Below, one piece after another: positions 13,813 to 26,688 of a stretch of DNA of 64,000 nt. This DNA is from Rhizophagus irregularis (Eukaryota). A model generated the notes under the pieces. The model saw nothing but the letters and a program-made list of their open reading frames with translations, made no database searches and was not told where the DNA came from. Location of the stretch: NCBI RefSeq assembly GCF_026210795.1, contig NC_089434.1:1736001-1800000 (forward strand), read 5' to 3'. Every line of letters begins with the position of its first letter. The stretch's first letter is position 1. Made by a program: the position numbers and the translations under genes.

Positions 13813-14032
13813 CAGCTGATTTCATACCTAGTCACATACCGAGAGACAGCTCGGTACATTTGGTAAAACTCGGTAAAGTTCAGAATAAGGTAAAAACCAT
13901 ATTGTTAGATTCGGAGCACTGGTCAGCACATTGGTGTAGTTTTTAAGTTATACCGAATCTTACCGAGTTTCTCTCGCCATGGAGTCCATGGAGTAAAAAT
14001 TATGGGTATCCCGTATATTATGGAATCAGCTG
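13813..14032. mobile_element. 220-bp Tc1/mariner-type MITE
   Basis: TIRs CAGCTGATTTCATA / TATGGAATCAGCTG, each flanked by TA. Confidence 0.75.
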
Positions 14033-14578
14033 TAAAACAACCGTTAAATATCCGCGAAATTAACAGATTAATCTGGATGTTATGCGGATACTATCCAATA
14101 GGATAACTTGATATAGAAATCCTTGACTGTAAGATCAAATTTTACTAGTATTATAATTAGATTAGTGGCGCAGTTCAATATTTATTTTCAGTATGTAGTT
14201 TATTTTTGAAGTTTATGTGGTTAATAGTGATCCACAAAGTATATGATTATGATAGAAGAAAATACGTTTATTATGAGATGTCCGAAAAGATAGGATTAAC
14301 ATTTATCTTTAACCAATCATTGAATAACCAATAGAAACTATGTAGATCCAGCCAAAAAAAAGCAGACTCGTGATAATTGCCGCAATTCTTTTATCAGAAT
14401 TCCAGAAACCGGTTAAATTTTTTTGCTGAACGTAATAGACTCTTACAAATTTGCATGTTAAAATTGTACCTGACCTAAAGGAAAGCTACAAACTAAAAAT
14501 TTGTAAACATACTAATGACTAATAATAATTCTATAAATAATTAATAAAAACTAAAAAAAAGTCAATCTTTAATACAAT

Positions 14579-16913
14579 TTAAAATAATTCTGAAAAAATG
14601 AATAAAATACAAATTAATAATAAGTTTAATTATTACTTTTAGAAACAGTATCAAAAAAAAAATACTTACCATCAGGAATTTCCAATATATTTTGTTCTTT
14701 TGAATGAAGATTTGGATTATTATATATTTCATTCTCGTCTATAAAATATATTTGTTAAATTATAAATAATACAAATTTTAAATAAAAATTTTGATATAAC
14801 ATTTTCACATACCATTAATATTAATATTAATATTCGCTCTTTTTATTTGTTGTATTTGTTGTATTGCTTCTTTTTTATAATAATCTCGAATATCTTTTAT
14901 TTCAAAAAAAAAAATCATTGAATATTTTAATAAAGTTCATTGTTACTTGTAATTTCTTTAAATGATATAAAATTATATTTACCATAATTTAGATTTACTT
15001 GTGACATTTCAAATATTTTGTTGGACAATTTTTTACTATTAACTAAAATCAACATACAAATTAATCATTAATGTTTGTATTAATTTGATGAATAAATAGA
15101 ATTAATTACCTTTAATAGAAATATCCACATTCTGAATATCTGACTTATTAAATTCATTAACTAAAACAAGAAAGCAAGCGTAAGTCGATCATTATACATT
15201 TTATTGTACAATTTTAAAAATATTAATAATTACTTACTATTATCAGGAATCTTAAAACCATATGATTTACTATAGAATACTATTAATATAATATTGTTTT
15301 AAAAGTTATATCAATAATATTTAACAATCATAAATAAAAAATACCATTACATACCTTCTTGTTCTTCTATTATTATTAAATTAAAAAAATTAAAACAAAA
15401 ATATTAATATACTGCATAATATATTGCATATTAAAAAAAAAATTTATAATAGATAGTAAGAAACTATACCTTCTGTCGCATTCTTTGGTTCGGGTAAATT
15501 TTCAAATCTATGAATATTACTTGAAATCAATCTGCTATTTGTAGAATTTGTTTCTAAACCATTAGGTTTATATACTATTGGTTGTAATAATTCATTTTCC
15601 ATATTTTGATATGATAAATAAATTTCTTTTATCTGCTTCCTAAGCGTTTTTATATTAGGTCTTTTTAATGGATCAGCATCCCAACATTGTTTCATTAGTA
15701 GTTTATATTCTAAAGGAGTTTCTGGCACAATTTTTGGTCTCATGCCGTTAATAATCTTCATTGCTAGACTATAATCATGTTCATAATTTATAAATGGTGG
15801 TTGCCCAGATGAGACTTCCCACATAAGCATTGCAATACTATATATATCAGATGCAAAAGTGTGTTCACTTCCAGCAATTAATTCAGGTGCTATATAAGGA
15901 AGATTTCCATATATACACTTTGATGATTTATCAGCAGGTCCACAAAATCCAAGATCACCAATAAGCCAACAATCAAGAACTCGTAAATACAAAATATTTC
16001 CTGAATGTAAATCTCTGTGAATGGCATTTTCTTTAACGATTCTATAAAGTGCATTGATTATTTCAGAAATAATCTTAATCCTTTCTTTCCATGTAAGTTG
16101 ACTATGTTTTTGTTGTAAATATTTTCTTAAATCCATATCCATTTTTCTCATTACAAGCATGTAATTTCCATTTAATGGATCTTGTGTCAAACCAAAACAA
16201 CGGACAATATCTACCCATTTATTTCCTATAGTTAAATGGGATTTAGCCTATAAAATTTAAAACTTTTATTATACAGTAAAATATAAAATGTATTTAATTT
16301 TAAATGAAATTAGATAACAAACCTCTTCAAACCAATTTCGATTTATACTTTCAGCATCATCTAATCTCTTAAGTATAACTTCTTGAGTTCCATTTCTTAC
16401 TAATTGTTGATTTTTAAAATCCCATTCTTCATAATATCCATCAATCCAATCTGCAGTGTAAATTTCGGAGAATCCACCTTTTGTAAGATAATTAACGTTT
16501 TTAAAATTATTATATGGAATCCATTCAATTACTTTATTCGGCATGAAAGTTTCCATTTGACATTTTTGTATTAAATTATCAATATCATCATTTCCAGATG
16601 TCCAATTTAAAAAATTTTCTTTTAAATAATTTCGAACACAATATTCACAAAATGATGTAGCTAAACATTCTTGATTACAATTTTCACAAACTCTTTTTGT
16701 TCCTGAATTATAAATAATATTATTTCGATCATAAAATTGACATAATATTTTTATTAATTTAGTTTTTTCATCATCTGTAAGAGATTTATTAGATAAAAAT
16801 AATTGTTCATGAAATTTATTTCGTTTGTGTATATCATTGTAAATATTATAATCAAATGACATATGTGCTTTCAAACACAATTCATAAATCAATTCATATC
16901 GAATATTAGACAT
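14579..16913 (-). CDS. TKL-like protein kinase, copy K2 (multi-exon)
   Basis: ORFs 16269-16913 and 15444-16190 are exons 1 and 2, with the same motifs and intron position as K1. Downstream short exons are traceable to NPNLHSKEQNILEIPD (14670), with an inferred last exon E-L-F-stop at 14589-14579. Confidence 0.9.
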
Positions 16914-17204
16914 AATGAAAATTAATTACGAATTCAATCAATAATATTGGATTAATAATAAAAAAAATTTTTGAATTTGATAAAAAAAAAAGCATGAAAA
17001 ATTTCAGAATAGGACTTTTAAACAATTTATATTCTATTTCGTAAGTAAGTTTCCGCGATCAAGGATCAGCGTTTGTAAAATTGCGCCAATTTCTTTCTTT
17101 AGCAAATCATTTCTATTCTAAGATTATAAAACCTTTTATTTTATATTTTTACATACAAAATTTCATTCAACAATGGAATTAAAAATTTTGAGTAATTTAC
17201 GATC

Positions 17205-17238
17205 TATATATATATATGTGTATATATATATATATATA
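17205..17238. repeat. (TA)n microsatellite
   Basis: Read directly; absent from the paralogous K4 upstream region. Confidence 0.8.
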
Positions 17239-20200
17239 CGTATGTACATATATATGTTTACTTGTACACCTTTGTGAATTAATTTTGAATAATAACTTTT
17301 TTATTGTTTGTTTATGCAAATTACTTTATAACAATGAATATGAAACATACAATAGTTTTATTATTTATATCTTGCATGCATTATTGAATTAGAAAATAAT
17401 TATAAATTATTTAAAAAAGAAAGAGAAGGCCTGAAATACGGCCGAGTCGGTCAGGATAATAAATATTTAATATATTGTATATGACGAATTGTGGGCTGGA
17501 ATTGATATAAATATATATGTCGCCCGGATATCCGGGTCCGAGCGACCAATTGCAGGCCTCTATATCGGATAATCTTAAGCCTTAGCCGAGTTATTTAAAA
17601 AATTTATCTGCATTGTCTATAATACTATCATCGTTGTGAATATCTAAAATAATTTATATGTTAAAAATATTTTATCTTAATAATAATATCTCATTTTTAT
17701 ATCTGCAGAAATCATTATCTTTTACATTAAAAATGTGAAGATCACTACAATTTTTTTTTTTAAATATTGTCATATCGAATAATAATTTGTTGATTGTGAA
17801 AGAAATGATTAGCATCCAAATAATAAATAATGCATCGTTAAAATTTCTTGATGTATTATTTTGATAAATAATTACTTATTATAATATAATAATTGATAAA
17901 AGTCTTGTCCTATGAACTTTTTCATAATGGTCTAAATACTTTTCTTGTAAATAATTCAAATATTTTCTTTTTCAACTACGAAATAGTTTCTCAAAATCAT
18001 TTATTTATTATTTAAAAGGAGAGAGTTTTTGATTGGTTAGTTATAATTTTAAATTAAACGATAATGGTGGTTTTTGTGACGTAATTAAATTCTTAATCAA
18101 TTTTTTGCAACTCGTTTGAGATCTTATTGGGCCAAAGTCACATGATAATATGAATGTGATGTTTAGAGTGACAGACATTTTACTAATCAAAATACTTATA
18201 AAGTGGTGGGGGTGAACAATATTTTTACAAACACGTGACTGAATTTAGGACGTATGCCAATTATGTAATCGTTACATCTTGTTCTAATTATTACATTCGC
18301 TGAAGTTACAAAATCCAAAGGACATGTAGCGATAATACACCATGTAAATTACTCGTTCATATTAATTTAATAATATTAGGAGGGCCAAGCAATTTTTTAA
18401 AAATCTACGCTACACACATAACAAAAGTCATGTGATTTAAAATATCTTCGTTTAAATATCTTAATTGCGAATTGATGATAAATTAATTTGTAAACAATCT
18501 ATGATCTAATAAGTAAACTTGATGTCCTTTTCTTACATTGCACATATAATAAAAGTTTTGTGATTTAATATTGGCAAGATTCGTAATAATACAATGAATA
18601 ATATGACATATAAGACGTAATAACAGTTTGAAAGAATAAGGCAAAATGCTGAAGCCTTTTTACCAGTTTATCGAACTTAAAATGCCAATTTTAATTTTAA
18701 ATACGAAATGTTATTGCCCGTGGTGATTGTCACACCTCGCATCACGAACGAATCTCCAGTGAAATAAATGGAAAAATATGAAAAACGAAAAAAAGATTAC
18801 AGAAAAAAACGATAAAGATCATAAGTCTAAACAGTATGTTATTACATTCTTATTATGTAATCTATGAGAACTTGAAAATCTTAACGAACCCGCTTTTTAA
18901 TAACAAATTTCTCATGTTGGTAGGTTTACAAAATAATGGTCTATTATAATGAGTCGGGTATTGTGACGGATTTTGTAATAAATTACTAAATTTTCAGTTA
19001 AAAATTTAGAAAACTTATTTTGGCAAATAAAGAAGAGGGTAAATAATTAATTATAAATTAAAATTAATGGAAATTTTTTTTCTTTACGACCCAAAAAAAA
19101 AATGGCAGCCGGATTTGTTCCCAGGTTACACAATTTGCGCACATGGTCCAGATGATTATTTTCGGTAATTTATTATAAACTTTTTATTGATCGATCGTTG
19201 TTATCCTTAACGGTTTAAACAATTCTAATCGGAAAAATTTCAATACCTTTCACCGATTGAAATTGGTGATTTTCTAAAATTAGTATACAAGAAAAAAAGA
19301 ATTTTACCATATCGGAGTTATTTATTGATTGTGAAAATGGGACTGGATCTACAATTACAAAAAATAAGGTTACAAATCTTGCTTATCATATGTAATTTTT
19401 TTAATAATTTTTCTAGAAATTAATTACTTAATTGCTTAATAATGTTTATTTGTCATATTTTGTTATTTTGCTAGTATTTTGTATACCAATTCAATAACGA
19501 AAATCAATACTTAAAATAAAGTTAAGGTTTGCAACATAAAAAAATTTTTTATTATTATTTTGTAAATAATTAAATAGGAAAGTTATTGAAATTTACATTT
19601 GTAAGTGAAATGAATTGTCTTACACGTACTTTATTATTAAAAAAAGGGTAATAAAAAGGAAAACAACAGATATAAAAAAGGAGAATAAGGATTAAGATAT
19701 AAAGTTATAGACTTATAGAATTTGATGAAGTTAATGAATAAGGTTTATACGGAAGTTTCTTTAACTTTAATAAAAGAGGAAGTATTAGACGCTATACTAG
19801 CCTTTCACAATTACATCATATTTTAATATTTTTGGTACCAAAATATTCAATAAATCATAATACTGCGGATTTATTAATTTGCGTGGCATACAGTATATAC
19901 ATAAGCAGTATCTAGTGTGGCCATTTTTGTTTATACTTAGAAAATTTTAATTTTCACGTAGTAAAAAAAAAATATTTGACAAATGTCGCAACGACTGGAA
20001 AATTATCACGTGTTTAAATCGTGTTTTAACAATCATCCTTTCGTAAGTAATTTACTGCGCCTTTTTTCTGAAATATTTGTTTCAAATATTTCAACGGACT
20101 CTACTCTATTAAAAAGGATTTTATCTCAACGGGCTCTTAATAAAAAAATCTCTTATGGTTGATGATGTTTTATGTTAACAATTAATTCTTACTGGAGTTA

Positions 20201-20659
20201 TAATATAAATTCATTATGAGCGTTTAATAAATCAAAATCATAGTACATACTGTAACACACCACGAAAATTAAATACTTTTGTATAATCATTATTTTTTTT
20301 AGTATTGGGGAAAATTAAAAATTTAATCAACCCCAATGTCAACGTAAGTAAATACATTGTATCAATAAAGTATCTGTCTCGTCACTTTCACAATCCTCCG
20401 AGTAACCTGATTTTGCGCGACACGTTTCTTTTTTTTTCCTTTGATACTTTATATGTTCTTATCATTAAAATATTCCTTCGGATCCGTTAGACTATCCCTT
20501 GTACCATAAATTGTTCGTCTTCCGACTTTTTCGATACATTATTGTTTGAGTTCATTTAGATCTTCCTTATCCTAAAACTATCGCCCTTCCCTATAAGTTC
20601 GTCTTGACTTTTCAATTGTAGCCCTTCCCCATATCATCTTCCATTCCCGATTTGTATCA

Positions 20660-20989
20660 TCATTTATTAAAGTATATTAAGATATATCTAATTTTGTTAA
20701 CTTTTCCGAAAAATCCTCCATATTTCGTAATATTTTCTTTAAAAATTTCACCGTCTGTTGCATTACTTTCAATTGAAATTTTTTTACATGCTTGCCATCC
20801 GTATCTATTTCTTAATTCTTGTGGACTTAAATCAGGGTCGAACTTTCTAAAGAAATATTGACGACCGTTCCTTATAATTGTGATATTAGCTCCACATCGC
20901 TTGTACGTATTTTCGTACTCTTTGGTAAAGCGCAGCTTAGCTCTGACCATCTTATATTTATAACATTGTTTGACAGTAATTTTTTCCAC
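20660..20989 (-). pseudogene. Degraded coding fragment of unknown function (possibly a kinase N-lobe relic)
   Basis: 109-aa ORF of coding-like composition ending in GGFFGKV, which resembles a Gly loop; no further intact motifs. Confidence 0.3.
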
Positions 20990-21150
20990 ATAACCTACAT
21001 CTCTTATACATTCATAGATATCATCGTCCGACCAATACCATACAATGTCATATCACTTGATTTATCGGAATAACTATTTACTTTCCATTGATATATTTAC
21101 TTACATTCTTTTTAAAAAGGTGCTTAAAATAAAATTACCAATTATTTTAG

Positions 21151-21312
<162 letters not shown>

Positions 21313-21395
21313 TAATTTTGTGTATCTGAATTTTTTCCGACTTTTACGCCTCCTAATTGTATCTTTATTCTTCGTTATAAATTTTTTAAAAGAAT

Positions 21396-22253
21396 TCAGT
21401 AAAAGTAATTGTAATTGTTATTATAATTGATATTGTAATTATTGTAATTGTAATTATGAACATTAAGAGTTTTAATGCCAAATTCTTTCATAATTCGTTC
21501 ATCGCGTTCTTTTTCCTCAGCAAGCATCATTTCAAGTTCTGTAACTTCAACCTTACTATTTAAAGCAGCTTCAGCTTCGGCTATCATAACAGATATTTTA
21601 CTATTAAGTCTTTTAAGGATAATATCTTCTTCTTCTTCTTCTTCAACATTATTATCGGATGTATTATTGAAATTATTACTCATTTTTGAAGATGATTTGT
21701 GATGTACAAATCTACGGCCACGACGAACACGGAATTGTCTTCTTCGTGAAGTTGAATTTGTTGGTGAATGTGTTGGTGTTGATTGAGTAGTTGGGTAATT
21801 TTGTTGCGGAGGTGATGTAGAAATTGTAAGAGAAGGTTTATCAGTCTGAGTAGTTGGATAATCTTGTTGTGAGGGTGATGTAGAAATTGTAAATGAAGGT
21901 TTAGTTTCAGACTGAGTAGTTGGATAATCCTGTTGTGAGGGAGATGTAGAAATTATGAGTGAAGGTTTAGTTTCAGTAGAATTATCGTAAGGTGGAGGAG
22001 GTTCTTCATCTTCAACGGTTTCTACATTTTCATCCCAAGTAGAAACATCTTTTTTCTTATGATCATAGACATTTTCATCATCATCGATATAATTTTGTCT
22101 CGTTGAATGAACTCCAGTATTTAATGTATTCTCAGTTAATATATTTATAGCATCAGTGGCAAAATCGGAAGTATAAGTAGCAAGTTCTACAACTTTATAT
22201 ATAAAGTTTGCCACAATTCCAGGACGACATATTTTAAAAATTTCTTCTTGCAT
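21396..22253 (-). CDS. Hypothetical protein (~285 aa) with internal Ser/Thr/Pro repeats and a C-terminal coiled coil
   Basis: Intronless ORF; likely start MQEEIFK at 22253. Three repeats of KPSxTISTSPxQQxYPTTQ; Arg-rich NLS-like RRRQFRVRRGRR; AEAEAALNSKVEV helix. Confidence 0.75.
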   Translation of the reverse strand: MQEEIFKICRPGIVANFIYKVVELATYTSDFATDAINILTENTLNTGVHSTRQNYIDDDENVYDHKKKDVSTWDENVETVEDEEPPPPYDNSTETKPSLIISTSPSQQDYPTTQSETKPSFTISTSPSQQDYPTTQTDKPSLTISTSPPQQNYPTTQSTPTHSPTNSTSRRRQFRVRRGRRFVHHKSSSKMSNNFNNTSDNNVEEEEEEDIILKRLNSKISVMIAEAEAALNSKVEVTELEMMLAEEKERDERIMKEFGIKTLNVHNYNYNNYNINYNNNYNYFY

Positions 22254-22433
22254 TTTGTGTTGATATTTTTTTAAAAAATTTGGGTATATAGTAATATGGA
22301 AAAAAAGTAGAATAAAGAGCAACAAAAAAAATAAAAATCGATTTTTGTTGCTCTGTGCGAGGTATTTTTTTATTATATCTTTTTCGTACAGGTATTGGTA
22401 AAAAAAAAAAGAAAATTTTGTATGTATGTATGG

Positions 22434-22580
22434 ATATATATATATAATTTTTTTATACATGTTATTGGATGACTCAAAGGATGACTCAATATTTTTAAGT
22501 GGCTCAACTTGTGAATTTTTAATAGAAAAATGTCTTTGATCCGATGATAAATTTCACGATAAAACTGTAATATGAGTCAT
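22434..22580 (-). promoter_or_regulatory. TATA-like tract plus three AP-1/Gcn4 (TGACTCA) sites upstream of the hypothetical gene
   Basis: TGACTCA at 22470-22476 and 22482-22488, ATGAGTCAT at 22572-22580; TATATATA near 22434-22446. Confidence 0.55.
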
Positions 22581-22749
22581 AATAATTTGTAATTAGATAA
22601 TTAAATAATATTTATTTGTAATAATGTGATATATAAAGATATATTATATAATATACATATAAGTAATATATAATATAATAAGTGTTGAAGAATTTTATAT
22701 TTTTTAATGTTATTAATAGAAAGATTTATAAACATTTCTTGATATTTTC

Positions 22750-24920
22750 TTTTTTGTAAATTTTGGGTTCAAGAACGGAATGCAAAAATACATGGTACAT
22801 TTCACAATAGGTGTTGTTTTTTGTGATAGTAGATGTATAATAGAATAAGCGTAATTCGCATAATATCAAATTGTAGTATCACCAAATTTCAGATTTTTTG
22901 ATTGATAAAATCATTGATCATCAACAATCAATAAATGTATATTTTATTTAGATTGAGTAAATTTACAAGCAACTTCATTTAAAATACTACTTAATGATTA
23001 ATTATAATATAATCATACGCAGTAATCTTTAATCTATCAAAATTTTGCACTTTAATATTATACAACCCAAATCTCTTCACTTCATCTTTAAAATCAAAAC
23101 AATTCATCATCATAAGTTTTCACAAAATTAAATTTTTTAATAGCCAAATACTTAACCCTTTTCTTTTTCATAATATATTCTTTTATAGAGGGTAAAATAC
23201 TTTGGTCATTAAAGTAATAACAGATTAATAATTTCTTAATAAAGGTATTTTGAGAATTCTTTTGAAATACTTCTTCAATGTGGTAAAGTTTCAAATGTAA
23301 ATATTTTAATTTAGGAGGAAGAATTTGTCCTAAATTTTGTAATATTAGTGAACTATATTCAGTTCGATCACCATGGACTGTACATTAATATTTTCAATTA
23401 AATATAATTTTTGGTACGTAAACTGACTTCCAATTGTATAAAAATCAAAACTAATTTTATATTTTTACAATATTTCAAATAATAATATTTGTGATACTTG
23501 CTATTAAACCTAAAGTTATTGTATTTAAAGTATTTGAACAATTATATATATTTGATGATAATAATGATTTAAATAAAGATAAATAATTTTTATTTATTAA
23601 AATTTTCTGTAAATGAACTATTGATTGTAATATGGAATTTTTAATTATCCTACATTGAGTAGGGATTGGAACCGTCAAAAAAAAGCTTAACCGGTTAATA
23701 ACCGGTTAATTAGAGCGTCTAACCGGTTAATAGTCGGTTAATTAATCGGTTAATTAACCGGTTAATTTGTAATGAGGCTAACCGGTTAATAACCGGTTAA
23801 TATATAAATTTTATATTTTAACGTGTGTTTAGAGGCCTATTTTTTGTATTTTAACGCGCGTTTAAAGATAAATTTTTGTGTTTTTAACTAAATAGTATTA
23901 TTTAAGAGTAATTTCTGGTAAATATTTATATTAAAATGTATACATTAGTAAAAAATTACATACAATATATTGTAATTACTTACTACCCAGTCATGCAGTG
24001 GTCACCGGTATCAGCACTAAGTTGAAAAGTTTTTTAATTATATTTTTAGTTCTATCCGAAATTCCATTCCAATTCTGATGGCCACTGCAGTATTCAAATT
24101 TTTGCATTTTTTCTTATTTAAAATACTATACCCGATCATATGCTGATTTCTGCATAAATCAAGGTTATAACTTTAGAATATTTTAACATAAATAATGTTA
24201 AATTATAAATATCATATGCAATATATTATATTAAAATATAAGATTGCAGGTTTATCATCGAATCTATTAGGGTGGGCAAAATTAAAGTTAATGCTAGTAA
24301 AGTTAAAGTTAGAAGTTGGCTAGGAATTACTAATTTAGGATGATCTGTATTTTAACCGGTTAAGTTAGCCGGTTAATTAGTCGGTTAATTTAACCGGTTA
24401 AATTAACCGGTTAACCGTTTTTTGAGAGGTCTTAACCGGTTAACCGCCTTAACCGGTTCCAATCCCTAACATTGAGTGTCATTGATACTATAAAATTTCA
24501 AATTTCTAATATTGTGAATAAAATTTGTATTCTGTAAAATTAATTCAAGAATATTATTGATAAATACGTTACAAAAAATCATTGTGTCCTCAATTTCGAG
24601 GGTATGTAAATTTATTTCATTTTCAAAAAATATTGTTAATAGTGGTACATATATATTTAACCTATCAATATGATATAGTGAATGTAATTTAACAGATAAA
24701 ATAAAATTATATGTATTTAAATATTTTAAAAAACTATAGTGTATTTGAAGGTAATGAATTATTTATTTGATTTCATTTTAATATCATCATTTAAGTAAAT
24801 ATTAATAACACGATATTTTGATTTTCCCATAATAACGGAATCGTTAAACGACACCATAATCTGTTAACTAAAATACATGAATGTAAAGTTGAATGATCCT
24901 TTTGGAAATATTTTATAATT
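22750..24920 (-). pseudogene. F-box-like (Glomeromycotina-type) pseudogene interrupted by a hAT-type element
   Basis: Minus strand 24919-24821 translates IIKYFQKDHSTLHSCILVNRLWCRLTIPLLWEN. Downstream fragment FIKKLLI...ILPSIKEYIMKKKRVKYLAI at 23094-23294; frames broken in between. Confidence 0.75.
23660..24468. mobile_element. 809-bp non-autonomous hAT-type element
   Basis: 15-bp TIRs TAGGGATTGGAACCG / CGGTTCCAATCCCTA; perfect 8-bp TSD ACATTGAG (23652-23659, 24469-24476); subterminal clusters of palindromic AACCGGTT. Confidence 0.93.
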
Positions 24921-26688
24921 TTTTATGTTAAAAGGGGAAGTATCAAATTGTTATTATTACGCCGATCTTAGTAAATTTGATTACGATATTGTCGCACAAT
25001 TCGTCATATTTTATGAAGTCGCAGTAACTGACATGGCAGTTTGCTATTTACCACCGAAGGAAAATCGCAAAATGTCGGAATAACTATTTACTTTCCATTT
25101 TCCATTTGGTAATTGTGTATCTGAATTTTTTAACCGAGTTATCCTTGACATTTTTGTGAGATAAACTCACTTTTCCGGTAAGAATTCTAACTACTTCTTA
25201 CTCTAATTTTATTCGTTCTTTAACCGTTAACATCAACTTCCAACTCCCTAAGTCGATTTTCCAAATTTGTAGTCGTTTCTTTATATTTATCTATTTCCTC
25301 ATCTTTACTCGATATTATTCGTTCCTTTTCTTTTACTTCAGTTTCTATTTTGCGTAATTTTTCTTCTTCCAGCTCACGTGATATTGTGTTGTTGCACTCA
25401 CCGGTAAGAAGTGCAAGGAAATTCTTAAAAATTTTTTAAAAAGCTGAAGTATCATAGTCTACTAAAAAACACACTGTAAACTGTAAATTCTCTGGCCTAG
25501 CTTGTCCATCTTTAAACATACGCGGTCAGTTGTCCCTGTAAGTCCATTTGTATCCAACAGTGTATTTATCTTAGTTGAAAACTCGTCACACTCTTCACTT
25601 TGTATATCTCCTGCAATACTTATCTTCCAAGTTCGATAAACTATTCAACAAATATTGTTATGTAAGTTGTAAAACAACCTCTTCCTGCGTTACAGCTTTT
25701 GTTTTTGACATTTTGTATATATCTTTTGTTATAAAAATGTTTTTTCTTCCACTAAAATTTTGGCTTGGAATTTAACTCATTTTTTCGTATAATTATTTTC
25801 CATAGAAACTTGCCTCTTGTTTAAAATAAACACAATAAACTATTTTTAAACATGCTTAATAGTTATAATAAATACTTTTACATTTTTTATAAAGAATTTA
25901 CCAAGAATAAGTTATAAAAATTAATTTATTTTAATTTGAGTTTTATGCAAGCTGAATTTTTTTCTTTTGAAAACCCTAAAATCAGTAAAACAAAAAAAGC
26001 ACATATTATGGAAATTATGGAAGCAACAATTTTAATTTCCTATATTACTATCAAATATGATTACTGAACAATTGATATTTTAACTTTTAATGCTCATAAA
26101 TTTTAAAAGAAATATGAAACTTGATATTTTCATCATCTAATGATTATACAAAAACAAATTAAAGCTTATTAGATTTATTTTACACTTGGATATTAATATG
26201 AACAAGCCAAAAAGGAATTGGAAATGATAAATTATATAAAGAACTGTCAAAGAAGTAAATTATGATGCGGAAAAGTGCCTTACATTATTAGTACATAAAC
26301 AAGGCGAAGTATTGTAAGATTTGGAAATTTTTTTAAAACTAAGGAATTTAAATTTATGAATATTATAAGTGAATACTAGTTATTTTTAATTTTTTAAAAA
26401 TCTTTCTAGTTTATAACAATTCGATTTAAATTCTTACTAATATTTTTGCTTTTTTCTGGACTAAATAACCTTTCTTGTTTTTAATCTTCATACTATTGTT
26501 TCACGGATTTTTTTTGCGTTTTTGATTTAATAAATAATGAATTAGATTTATTGAATAATATTGATAATACATGATAAATAAAAAAAAATTATTTAAATTA
26601 CAAACTAAGAAACGCGTAAAATATTTTTACTATTCTAGTCTTAGTGTTTAAATAATTCAAAATAAAATTTCCAATATCGTTTGTTATT

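Noticed and set aside
26040..26340. Possible decayed transposase fragment
   Set aside because: Too many stops and frameshifts to support a family assignment.
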